Both the position numbers and the translations under genes were made by a program. The notes under the pieces were generated by a model that saw nothing but the letters and a program-made list of their open reading frames with translations, did no database searches and was not told the DNA's origin. From Promethearchaeota archaeon (GTDB lineage Archaea; Asgardarchaeota; Lokiarchaeia; Sigyniarchaeales; SOKP01), in the NCBI GenBank assembly GCA_048941625.1, contig JBHLNK010000004.1, forward strand, positions 1,094 to 65,093: a stretch of DNA of 64,000 bases, in the 5' to 3' direction. Shown here in pieces: positions 36,593 to 46,029 of the stretch (position 1 is its first letter; the number at the start of each line of letters is the position of its first letter).

Positions 36593-39500
36593 TGGAAGGG
36601 TCAGTGCTCGTTATTGGAGGAGGTATAGCTGGAATTCAAATTTCTCTTGATCTTACAGAATTAGGATTTAAAGTTTATTTGGTAGAAAAGTCGCCTTCAA
36701 TTGGAGGTAGAATGGCTCAATTGGATAAAACCTTTCCAACTTTAGATTGTTCACTATGTATATTAGCTCCTAAGATGGTAGAGGTATTTCGTAATCCAAA
36801 TGTAGAATTAATGACCTATCATGAAGTATTGAAAATAGATGGTAAACCAGGAAATTTTACAGCAAAAATCCTAAAAAAACCCCGATATATAGATGAAACA
36901 AAATGTAAGGGATGCGGAGAGTGTAGTGCTAAGTGTCCTAAAATTATGGCTCCTAATCCTTTTGAAATGAATATTGGAAAAAGAAAGTCTGTTTATATTC
37001 CTTTTCCTCAAGCAGTGCCCCCAATTTATTTAATTGACCCGGAAATGTGCTTGTATTTAACCAAAGGAGTATGTCAAATTTGTAAAAAAGCATGTCCTGC
37101 TGAAGCTATTGACTTTGAGCAAAAACCAGAAGAATTTGAAATAAAAATTGGTGCTGTTGTAGTTGCCACTGGCTTTGAAATGCCCGTTGAACAATTATCT
37201 TCAAGATGGGGTTACAGATTTGAGAATGTAGTAAGTGCTCTTGAATATGAAAGAATATTATGTGCCTCTGGACCATTTGGTGGTCATGTCAAACGTCTAA
37301 GTGATGAAGAAGAACCTGAAGTAATTGCTTTTGTTCAATGTGCTGGTTCCAGAGATCTTCACGAAAATGTACCCTTTTGTTCAAGTGTTTGTTGTACTTA
37401 TACTGCAAAGCAAGCTATAATTACTCAAGAACACTCTGATAGATCTGAATGCTACGTATTTCGACATGATATAAGGGCATATGGTAAAAATTTCTATGAG
37501 TTTACACAAAGAGCTCAGGAAGAATATGGAGTGAAATACTTTCAATCAAAAATAAGTGTTATTGAAGAAGAACCACAAACAAAGGATCTAATTATTCATT
37601 ATGAGGATTTAAAAACTGGAGAATTCAAAGACTTTCGTGCCAATTTGGTGGTTTTAGCCTCTCCTTTAGTGCCATCCAAAGGGGTTAGAGAGTTAGGAAG
37701 TTCTCTTGGAATTGAATTAGATAAATATGATTTTTTTAAAGAAAAATCTTATTTTGATAAACTAAAGTCTTCTAGAGATGGAATATATCTATGTGGATTT
37801 TGTCAAGGTCCGATGGATATTCCAGAAACTGTTGCAGATGCTAGCGGAGTAGCTGCTCAAATTGCTGATTTATTAAATTCTGTTAAATTTACACAGATGA
37901 AGGAGAAAAAATTTGATGTACCAGAGAAAGAAATTAAGATCACAGATGAGCCAAGAATAGGTGTTATGGTATGCCATTGCGGTATTAATATTGGTAATTA
38001 TGTTGATGTTCCTAGAGTTGTGGAATATGTCAAAAAATTACCAAATGTTGTAGTATGTGAAGCTAATCTTTATTCTTGTTCTTCTGATTCTCAAATAAGA
38101 ATTAAGGAATTAATTGATGAATATAATTTAAATCGATTTATTGTAGCATCCTGTACCCCTAGAACTCATGAATCTTTATTTCAAGAAACATGCCAAGAAG
38201 GTGGTCTGAATAAATATCTTTTTGAGCTTGTAAATATTCGAGATCAATGCTCCTGGGTTCATATGACTGAAAAAGTGGCGGCAACAGAAAAAGCAATTGA
38301 TTTAATTAGAATGCATGTAGCCAAATCAAAATTGTTAAAACCCCAGAGAGAAGATAAAATTGATATTACACATACTGCACTAGTCATTGGTGGAGGTATT
38401 TCTGGTATTACAGCTGCTCTTAATACAGCAAATCAAGGATTTAAAACAATTCTAGTTGAAAAAGAAAATGAATTAGGAGGAAATTTGAGATATCTAAATG
38501 TATTATATCCTGTCCATAAAAACGCTTTAGAGTTACTAAATGAATTAAACGAAAGAGTTGATAAAAATAATAATATTCAGGTTTTTCTAAATGCAGCAGT
38601 TAAAGATATCAGAGGGTATGTAGGGAATTATAATGTTATAATAAACGATTCAGACAATAATGCTCATGAGTTAAAGATTGGTACTATTATAGTAGCCACA
38701 GGAGGTCAAGAGTTTAAACCAATAGGTCTTTTTGGCTATGATGGAAAAAATAAGAATGTTATAACTCAATTGGAGTTAGAAAAGCAATTGCAGAATAAGG
38801 ATAATAAATGGTTAGATAATATTAATCGTGTAACGGTCATTTTATGTGTGAATGCAAGACAAAATGAAGGTATAACATATTGTTCTAACATTTGTTGTGC
38901 GACTTCACTGAAAAATGTAAGAATACTAAAAGAATTAAAACCTGAGTTAGAAATTATAGTAATCTACAGAGATTTACAAATGGCTAAAAAAGAATTTGAG
39001 GAGTATTACCGTGAACGACGGAAAGATGCGATATTTCTCAGGTATGATTTAGATAGTCTTCCAGAAGTAAAAAAAAAGAAAGGGATTGATAAGTTTCAAA
39101 TCACAGTTTTTGATACTAATTTAAAAGATACCATTGAGTATGAGACTGATTTAGTTATCCTATCGACACCTATGATTCCTGCAGATAACTTAAAAGAATT
39201 AGCAATGATGCTAAAAGTTCCTTTAGATAAAAATGGTTTCTTTTTGGAAGCTCATGTTAAACTACGCCCATTAGATTTTGCGACAGATGGAATATTTCTA
39301 TGTGGTTGTGCACAATGGCCAAAAAATATACAAGATTCAATTGCACAAGCGAATGGTGCATCAGGAAGATCAAGTAGATTCCTTAGTGCTGATAAGATTA
39401 CTACTTCAGGTTTAGTAGCGGAAGTATCAGAAGATAAATGTATTGGATGTGGTGAGTGCGAAGAAGTATGTCCTTACAAAGCAATAACGCTTGTAGAAAT

Positions 39501-39696
39501 TGATAAAGAATTCGAAGATATTAGCATTAAGGTAAAAAAATCTAATATTAACGCTGCTGTTTGTAAAGGATGTGGTACGTGTGCTGCAACATGTAAAGTC
39601 GGAGCTATTATGGTTAAACATTACGATTTTGATCAGATTTCTACGATGATTGATTCATATTTACTAGAAAAGGAGGAAATTAAGAACGGTTTATAG
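36592..39696 (+). CDS. hdrA: giant fused HdrA-like flavoprotein (1034 aa)
   Basis: Colinear with 32077-35160 over its full length: MEGSVLVIGGGIAGIQ..., CHCGINIGN, ASCTPRTHE, CIGCGECEEVCP and CKGCGTCAATC. Confidence 0.85.
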   Translation: MEGSVLVIGGGIAGIQISLDLTELGFKVYLVEKSPSIGGRMAQLDKTFPTLDCSLCILAPKMVEVFRNPNVELMTYHEVLKIDGKPGNFTAKILKKPRYIDETKCKGCGECSAKCPKIMAPNPFEMNIGKRKSVYIPFPQAVPPIYLIDPEMCLYLTKGVCQICKKACPAEAIDFEQKPEEFEIKIGAVVVATGFEMPVEQLSSRWGYRFENVVSALEYERILCASGPFGGHVKRLSDEEEPEVIAFVQCAGSRDLHENVPFCSSVCCTYTAKQAIITQEHSDRSECYVFRHDIRAYGKNFYEFTQRAQEEYGVKYFQSKISVIEEEPQTKDLIIHYEDLKTGEFKDFRANLVVLASPLVPSKGVRELGSSLGIELDKYDFFKEKSYFDKLKSSRDGIYLCGFCQGPMDIPETVADASGVAAQIADLLNSVKFTQMKEKKFDVPEKEIKITDEPRIGVMVCHCGINIGNYVDVPRVVEYVKKLPNVVVCEANLYSCSSDSQIRIKELIDEYNLNRFIVASCTPRTHESLFQETCQEGGLNKYLFELVNIRDQCSWVHMTEKVAATEKAIDLIRMHVAKSKLLKPQREDKIDITHTALVIGGGISGITAALNTANQGFKTILVEKENELGGNLRYLNVLYPVHKNALELLNELNERVDKNNNIQVFLNAAVKDIRGYVGNYNVIINDSDNNAHELKIGTIIVATGGQEFKPIGLFGYDGKNKNVITQLELEKQLQNKDNKWLDNINRVTVILCVNARQNEGITYCSNICCATSLKNVRILKELKPELEIIVIYRDLQMAKKEFEEYYRERRKDAIFLRYDLDSLPEVKKKKGIDKFQITVFDTNLKDTIEYETDLVILSTPMIPADNLKELAMMLKVPLDKNGFFLEAHVKLRPLDFATDGIFLCGCAQWPKNIQDSIAQANGASGRSSRFLSADKITTSGLVAEVSEDKCIGCGECEEVCPYKAITLVEIDKEFEDISIKVKKSNINAAVCKGCGTCAATCKVGAIMVKHYDFDQISTMIDSYLLEKEEIKNGL

Positions 39697-39706
39697 GTGA
39701 TTGATC

Positions 39707-40141
39707 ATGTCAAAATCAAAGAAAAAATTAGATAAGAAAGAATTTGAACCGAAGATATTAGTTTTTTGTTGTAATTGGTGTAGTTACGCTGGAGCAGATC
39801 TAGCAGGAGTTTCACGATTTCAATATCCTCCAAACATCAGGATTATACGAGTAATGTGTTCAGGACGCGTCGATCCTTCATTTGTGTTAAAGGCTCTTAA
39901 AAATGGTGCTGATGGTGTTCTCGTCAGTGGGTGTCATATTGGTGATTGTCATTATATAACCGGAAATGAATATACTCAAGAAAGATTCGAGAGATTGCAT
40001 AATATCTTAATTAAACAATTGGGAATTGATCCAAGAAGAGTAAGGTTAGAATGGGTGAGTGCTTCTGAAGGAAAAAGATTTGCTGAAGTAATTACAGAAT
40101 TTACTAAGACTATTAAAGAATTAGGTCCATTTAAAGAATGA
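39707..40141 (+). CDS. mvhD: MvhD-type subunit, all-Cys version. The start is placed at the ATG matching the paralogue N-terminus MSKSKKK.
   Basis: VFCCNWCSYAGADLAGVSRFQYP, MCSGRVDP and SGCHIGDCHY, with an AGGTGA Shine-Dalgarno-like sequence at 39695-39700. Confidence 0.85.
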   Translation: MSKSKKKLDKKEFEPKILVFCCNWCSYAGADLAGVSRFQYPPNIRIIRVMCSGRVDPSFVLKALKNGADGVLVSGCHIGDCHYITGNEYTQERFERLHNILIKQLGIDPRRVRLEWVSASEGKRFAEVITEFTKTIKELGPFKE

Positions 40142-40146
40142 AAGTC

Positions 40147-41094
40147 TTATAAATTATAATGTTCTTTTTCAGGATGGATTTGATTTACAAGTGAGAATTC
40201 AAAAACTTCATTTATTTTAAGAATTTTTTTAATATATCCTAAATTATAAAGAGAACTTACAAAATCCATTGTAGACTTAACATATTCATCTGATAAAGCA
40301 ATGCAATACTTAGGAGAGATTTCTAATACTGCTTTTACATATTTCTTATTTAATATTTTAAAATTCATACAAATTTTATTTACAGCCTTAGAGATATTAT
40401 TCCTTAGTAGGAACGATGCATTTTTGTGATGAACAAGAAATATTTTGACTATTTCTGGAGATTCTTTGATAAATTTTTCATGAAAGAAAATGCCATAACT
40501 AGGATTATTTTTTCGTAGATATTCTGGAGATATTATTATATGTGAATCTAAGATTGAAGAAGCAAAAACTGCCAATGCGGGAGTTCCTACACCAGCTTCA
40601 ATAATTCCTTTTTTCAAATCTATAGCAATAAATTCTGCTTGAGCGTAATTTTTTACATTAATTTCCTCCGTCAAATTAGTATTTTTTAGATAATAATTCA
40701 AAATAACATCATGGATAGATCCTTTACTGGTTACCCCAATTGATTTACCTTTAAATTGAGATAAAACGCAATAGATGTCGTCACCTAAAGATTTAATATC
40801 TTTATATTTTTTTTTAGCAATCATTATTGTTCCTTCAACATGACCTCCTGCTACACATTTAATAGGAACTCCTTGATCAATTCCTATTATTGCAGGAGGT
40901 AATCCCATATATCCAATTTCAATTTTTTTTTCTTTAAACGCCTGAACCATTTCAGGTCCTGTTCCAAATAAAATCCAATCTACATCTCGATTAATTTCTT
41001 TTTTAAAAGTCTTACTTCCCATTAAAATAAAATTAGTATGATAAACAGTTGATAAATGTCCTATACTTAATCTATCTTTTTTAGTATTAGTCAT
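40147..41094 (-). CDS. periplasmic-binding-protein-fold protein (NMT1/SsuA-like), with no obvious signal peptide
   Basis: 315 aa. RLSIGHLSTVYHTNF..., GYMGLPPAIIG and GVGTPALAVF resemble NMT1/THI5-like or ABC substrate-binding folds. By-eye call only. Confidence 0.35.
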   Translation of the reverse strand: MTNTKKDRLSIGHLSTVYHTNFILMGSKTFKKEINRDVDWILFGTGPEMVQAFKEKKIEIGYMGLPPAIIGIDQGVPIKCVAGGHVEGTIMIAKKKYKDIKSLGDDIYCVLSQFKGKSIGVTSKGSIHDVILNYYLKNTNLTEEINVKNYAQAEFIAIDLKKGIIEAGVGTPALAVFASSILDSHIIISPEYLRKNNPSYGIFFHEKFIKESPEIVKIFLVHHKNASFLLRNNISKAVNKICMNFKILNKKYVKAVLEISPKYCIALSDEYVKSTMDFVSSLYNLGYIKKILKINEVFEFSLVNQIHPEKEHYNL

Positions 41095-41231
41095 GAGTTT
41101 TATTTATTTAATAACTGAAAAACCTTCCAATTTTAGTTTTTATAATCAAAATAATTAATTATTTCAATCAATATTATAATAATAAAAGAATTTTCGATTC
41201 TGGTTATAAAATTTATGGCTAGGTGTACTTA

Positions 41232-41519
41232 ATGATTAATATTAGAATTAATTTCTTATCTTTATTAGTAGATATAACAAAATTTGACCATCTAGAGTTT
41301 TCAATAAATGAAAATTCAACAGTTAAAGATCTTTTAAGTGTCCTTTTTATGAAATTTGGCAAAGAACTTAAAGAGAAGATTTTGATTTCTTCAGATACTT
41401 TAAGTAAATATATTATTTTAGGATTAAATGGTAAAGATATTCGTGCTATGAATAATTTGGAGACAATTTTAAATGAAGGAGATGAAATCTCGTTTTTACC
41501 AGCTATTGCAGGTGGTTAA
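41232..41519 (+). CDS. ThiS/MoaD/SAMP-type ubiquitin-like beta-grasp sulfur carrier ending in Gly-Gly
   Basis: 95 aa. The LNGKDI...GDEISFLPAIAGG* C-terminal di-glycine is typical of MoaD/ThiS/SAMP. Confidence 0.7.
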   Translation: MINIRINFLSLLVDITKFDHLEFSINENSTVKDLLSVLFMKFGKELKEKILISSDTLSKYIILGLNGKDIRAMNNLETILNEGDEISFLPAIAGG

Positions 41520-41523
41520 AAAC

Positions 41524-41754
41524 CTAAATCTTTTTTAATTTCAATAACCAATTATCAACATTTCCCTTAATTTTTTTAATTTCTAATACTTCTGCCAGAT
41601 TTTGACGTTTGCAATTCTCTGGAATATTTTTAAGTGCAGCAGGAAAATCTAGAAGAACATCCAAGAATTCTCCTTTTTCAAGTTCTTCAAGAGCTAATTT
41701 AGTATATACAAATGTTAAAGGGCAGACCTTTCCTCTAATATCAATTTGGTTCAT
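41524..41754 (-). CDS. TusA/SirA-like sulfurtransferase
   Basis: 76 aa. DIRGKVCPLTFVYTKLALEEL matches the TusA active-site Cys motif (D.RG..CP.P..K....L). Confidence 0.7.
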   Translation of the reverse strand: MNQIDIRGKVCPLTFVYTKLALEELEKGEFLDVLLDFPAALKNIPENCKRQNLAEVLEIKKIKGNVDNWLLKLKKI

Positions 41755-41787
41755 ACTAAAATCTTTCCAGTAATTTATTTAATTTTA

Positions 41788-42591
41788 TTAACAAACATTC
41801 TCTAATTTATAGTCATAAGATTCTACTAATTCTTGGGCGTTAATACCACATGCAATACAATTCTCATTTCTAACTATCTTTACAAAATTAAATGCATTGC
41901 GTAGAAGGTCTATAAATAAAATCTTATTTGTTATCAAATCTCCAATATTCAAGATAGTTTTAATGGCTTCATTTGCTTCAATGCAACCGAAAATTCCTGG
42001 AATTAATCCAATTACTCCAGCTTGACTACACGACATTCCTGTAGGAGCATCCCTAATATCTCCAAAGACACACCTATAACATGCAGTGGTTTGATTTGGT
42101 ACAACTGTCATTAATTGTCCATGAAATCTCAGAACTCCTGCTATTGTAAATGGAACATTTAGAGAAATACAAGTATCATTAACTAGCAGCTTAGTTGGGA
42201 AATTATCAGATCCTTCTATTACAAAATCAGAATTTTTAAGAATATTTTTGGAATTTTCAGCTGTTAATTTTTCACTAACTATTTCAATATGACAATCAGG
42301 ATTTAAATTATTTAGTTTTTCCACAGCACTTTTGGTTTTTTTTGTTTGGATATCTTTTGTAAAATGTAAAATCTGTCTATGTAGATTAGAAATCTCCACG
42401 AAATCATAATCAATTAATTTTAAATGACCTATTCCTGCTGCTACTAAATAGTAAGCTACAGGAGAACCAAGCGCTCCCAATCCAATAAGGGATACCCTTG
42501 AATTTAATAATTTTTCTTGTCCTATACCTCCAATTTCTTTAAGGACAATTTGACGAGAATATCTATTTATCTGTTCTTCTGTTAAATTCAT
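41788..42591 (-). CDS. ThiF/MoeB/UbaA-type E1-like adenylyltransferase
   Basis: RYSRQIVLKEIGGIGQEKLLNSRVSLIGLGALGSPVAYYLVAAGIG, plus the CYRC and CIAC zinc-site pairs. Confidence 0.85.
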   Translation of the reverse strand: MNLTEEQINRYSRQIVLKEIGGIGQEKLLNSRVSLIGLGALGSPVAYYLVAAGIGHLKLIDYDFVEISNLHRQILHFTKDIQTKKTKSAVEKLNNLNPDCHIEIVSEKLTAENSKNILKNSDFVIEGSDNFPTKLLVNDTCISLNVPFTIAGVLRFHGQLMTVVPNQTTACYRCVFGDIRDAPTGMSCSQAGVIGLIPGIFGCIEANEAIKTILNIGDLITNKILFIDLLRNAFNFVKIVRNENCIACGINAQELVESYDYKLENVC

Positions 42592-42829
42592 TTTTTACAA
42601 TGCACTAAATACCAATTCAAATATTAAAAGATTTAAATTATAAAAAATAAAGCCTTAAAACAGTGAAAATTTTTACCATTCATTCTACTTTTCGGAAGCT
42701 TATAAATAACTGTTTGAGTGAAGTATTTATAATAACTATAGACTTAATAAATACAATAAAAATAAAGAATTTTAAATTATTTTAGCTAATTTTTATGTAT
42801 TATATAAAAAAATTATATACTTTATTGAG

Positions 42830-43576
42830 TTGATTCAATTGGAAAAAAATTATCAATTTATCGTAGTTGAGAAGAAAGGAAAAATTTCAATAATTAAGTT
42901 TAATCGTCATGAAAAGAAAAATGCTCTTAGCGAAGCTATGAGATCAGAGATAATAGATGCTTTGAATATATTAAAAGATGAAAAAAGAATAAAAGCCGTA
43001 ATCTTTTATGGTGGAGAAGAAATTTTTTCTGCTGGATTTGATAGAGATGAAGTTCAAGCAGTCGTACAAGGAAAGGGGGATTATCAGCAATTTATTGACG
43101 CAAACCACCTTTTTCATCAAACAATTTTCGAGTTCCCTAAGTTATTAATTGCTGCAATTAACGGTTATGCTCTTGCGGGTGCATTTGATCTTACTGTTAT
43201 TTGCCATCTCAGAGTTGCTTCAAAAGATGCTCTTTTTGGGCATCCTGAAATAAGATTTGGAGCATGTCCTCTACTTTTCCCCTATATGACTCTCGTAGGT
43301 CGTGGTAAAGCTCTAGAAATTACATTAAATACAAGTACTAAAGAAACATTTCTCACTGCTGAAGAGGCATATAGGTTAAATATAGTAAATAAGTTAGTTG
43401 AGAAAGAAAAAGTTTTAGATGAAGCTATTAATTTAGCTAAAGAAATTACACAATCACCTGAATATGCAGTAGCACAATTACTTCAAGTAAATAATGTCTT
43501 CTTTGATCAGGTCAAGACTTTTGATACAGAAATCAAAACTATCCTAAAAAGTATGACAAAACTTTTAGGACTCTAA
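42830..43576 (+). CDS. enoyl-CoA hydratase/isomerase (crotonase) family
   Basis: KKNALS, FSAGFD and INGYALAGAFDLTVICHLRVAS...FGHPEIRFG. Confidence 0.8.
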   Translation: MIQLEKNYQFIVVEKKGKISIIKFNRHEKKNALSEAMRSEIIDALNILKDEKRIKAVIFYGGEEIFSAGFDRDEVQAVVQGKGDYQQFIDANHLFHQTIFEFPKLLIAAINGYALAGAFDLTVICHLRVASKDALFGHPEIRFGACPLLFPYMTLVGRGKALEITLNTSTKETFLTAEEAYRLNIVNKLVEKEKVLDEAINLAKEITQSPEYAVAQLLQVNNVFFDQVKTFDTEIKTILKSMTKLLGL

Positions 43577-43675
43577 TATCCAATATTTTACAATTTAATT
43601 TTTATTTTACAAAAAGTATTTTTTTATTATTGAATAAAAGTTAATCAAAAGAAACATAAATGGGGATGATATTTA

Positions 43676-44656
43676 ATTAAAGCTGCTGTTATTGAAGATA
43701 TTAAGAAGATAGTATATAAAGAAGATTATCCAAAACCAAATCCGGGTCAAGATGAAGCTTTGGTAAGAGTCCATTATTGTGGCATCTGTGGAAGTGATAT
43801 TACGAATTTTAAGTATAAAATGTATAACTTTCCATTAATAATGGGTCATGAAATCACTGGAGTAGTAGAAAAAGTTGGAGAAAATATAACTGAGATAAAA
43901 CCAGGAGATAAAGTCATTTGCGTGAATGTTTCTCTTGATGTTAGTCAAGGGGAACTAAAAGGAATGGGAATGTTTCAAAATGGAGGATTCGCAGAATACG
44001 TCATAGTCCCAAAAATCTCTCTTTTTCCAATACCAGAAAAAGTTTCAATTAAAGATGCTGTGATGGTGGAGACTTTTGCTTTAATGATGCGAGCATTTAA
44101 ACTTTCTAAAATCGAAAAAGGGGAAAATATACTTATCATTGGAGGAGGAAATGTTGGATTAACTGCTCTTAAAGCATTATTAATTGAGAAGGATCCAAAT
44201 TATGTAGTTGTTATTGAACCAAACGATTTTCTAAGAGAAAAAGCGCTAGAAATGGGAGCTACTGATGCAGTCGGCACAAGTAGAGCGAAAGTAAAGAAAG
44301 TTATCAAGAAATTAGGTGCTCCAACATTTATTTTTGATTGTGTTGGGAATGAAGAGACAATTTCTAATGCCGTTAATTTCATAAAGAAAGGAGGTACTAT
44401 TTTATTAGAAGGAATTCATAAAGGAAGTATAACCTTTCCTTTATTTATGTTAAATTCCAAAGAGGTAACCCTGAAGGGATGCCTTGGTCATGATCAAGAT
44501 GATATTTTGGCGGCAATAGATTTGTTTGCAAAAGGTAAAGTTGATACCAATGAATTTATTTCTGAAATCATACATTTAGAGGATATGCAGATGACTTTTG
44601 AAAGATTTCTCGAGCCAACTGGGCGTAACTTTGTTAAAATGATAGTCGAAGTTTAA
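43676..44656 (+). CDS. zinc-dependent alcohol dehydrogenase (MDR family); the start is unresolved
   Basis: VHYCGICGSD, GHE..G and GGGNVGL. The conserved N-terminus IKAAVIEDIKKIVYKEDYPKPNPGQDEALVRV lies in frame upstream of the TTG chosen by the ORF track, but it has no canonical start. ATGs at 43660/43666 are one frame off. Confidence 0.7.
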   Translation: MKAAVIEDIKKIVYKEDYPKPNPGQDEALVRVHYCGICGSDITNFKYKMYNFPLIMGHEITGVVEKVGENITEIKPGDKVICVNVSLDVSQGELKGMGMFQNGGFAEYVIVPKISLFPIPEKVSIKDAVMVETFALMMRAFKLSKIEKGENILIIGGGNVGLTALKALLIEKDPNYVVVIEPNDFLREKALEMGATDAVGTSRAKVKKVIKKLGAPTFIFDCVGNEETISNAVNFIKKGGTILLEGIHKGSITFPLFMLNSKEVTLKGCLGHDQDDILAAIDLFAKGKVDTNEFISEIIHLEDMQMTFERFLEPTGRNFVKMIVEV

Positions 44657-44658
44657 TT

Positions 44659-45960
44659 ATGAAAGAAAAACCGAACATTATTCTATTTATTACTCATGAT
44701 CAAGGGCAATTTGCTGGATGTTATAATACACCTAAAACCCCTAATTCTCTTAAAACGCCTAATATTGATAAAATTGCTGAAAAAGGAATACGGTTCACTA
44801 ATTATTTTTGTACTGCTCCTCAATGTAGTCCCAGTCGAGGAGCAATTCAAACTTCTTTATATCCTCATCAGAATGGTCTAATGGGTCTTGTAGATCATGG
44901 ATGGACATTACCAGAAAGAAATAAAACTCTACCAATGTATTTAAAAGAACAAGGATATACTACTCATTTAATCGGATATCAACATGAATCCTTTAACGCA
45001 AAAACTTTGGGTTATGATTCTATTAGTAAGCGAAAATCTGAAATATTATATACCTGTCAAAAATTAAATAAATCCTATCAAAAATTCTTTGCAGAACATA
45101 AAAATGATAAGAAGCCTTTCTATCTATGTATGGGTGTTACTCAAGTGCATCGACCTTTTAGAATATGGGGAGATCCTGTTAATCCAAGTAATGTTTTAAT
45201 TCCTCCTTATCTTTCAAGTAATAAAATATTACAAGAGGATCTATCTCAATTTTATGGAGCAATAGAAGGTGTTGACAATTGTATAGGAAAGATATTTGAA
45301 GCTTTAGATGAATTTTATTTAAAAAAAAATACTTTATTCATCTATACAACTGATCATGGTGAAGCTTATCCTCGAGCAAAATGTACTCTTTATGACCCTG
45401 GATTAAAAACACTTTTATTAATTTCATGGCCAAATTCAACTTTATTTCAAAAAGGAAAAGTCTATGATCAAATGATTAGTAATATTGATTTATTACCAAC
45501 TTTATTAGATTTGATTGGGGCTAAAATACCAAAAAATATCGAAGGAAAAAGCTTTTTACCAATTCTACAAGAAGAAACTAAAAACTTTAGAAAAAAAATT
45601 TTTTCTGAAAAATCATTTCATGAATATTATGATCCTATTCGAAGTATACGTACTGAGGAATTTAAGTTTATTATCAATTTTGAAAAGTTTGAATATCTAT
45701 ATCAATTAGGTGCGGATATGCAACGAGATGAATTAGGAAAATATATGTTAGAACTTATCAATGGACCTCGACCTAATGAAGAATTATACGATCTCAAAAA
45801 AGATCCTTATGAGAAAAATAATTTAATTGGAGATCCAAACTATAAAGATATTAAGGAAAAATTAAAAGAAGATTTATTTGAATGGATGAGAAAGACAGAT
45901 GATCCGATCCTTAGAGGGAAAATTAAAGCGCCTAGTCAAAAACCTCCTACACAATATTGA
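44659..45960 (+). CDS. sulfatase (formylglycine-dependent, Cys type)
   Basis: IILFITHDQGQ and CTAPQCSPSRGAIQTSLYP (the C-x-P-x-R formylglycine motif), then TTDHGE. Confidence 0.85.
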   Translation: MKEKPNIILFITHDQGQFAGCYNTPKTPNSLKTPNIDKIAEKGIRFTNYFCTAPQCSPSRGAIQTSLYPHQNGLMGLVDHGWTLPERNKTLPMYLKEQGYTTHLIGYQHESFNAKTLGYDSISKRKSEILYTCQKLNKSYQKFFAEHKNDKKPFYLCMGVTQVHRPFRIWGDPVNPSNVLIPPYLSSNKILQEDLSQFYGAIEGVDNCIGKIFEALDEFYLKKNTLFIYTTDHGEAYPRAKCTLYDPGLKTLLLISWPNSTLFQKGKVYDQMISNIDLLPTLLDLIGAKIPKNIEGKSFLPILQEETKNFRKKIFSEKSFHEYYDPIRSIRTEEFKFIINFEKFEYLYQLGADMQRDELGKYMLELINGPRPNEELYDLKKDPYEKNNLIGDPNYKDIKEKLKEDLFEWMRKTDDPILRGKIKAPSQKPPTQY

Positions 45961-46029
45961 ATTTACTATATATTATAATTCTAAATTAATTCTATAGATA
46001 TAACCAACTAATATTATATTAATGCAAAA

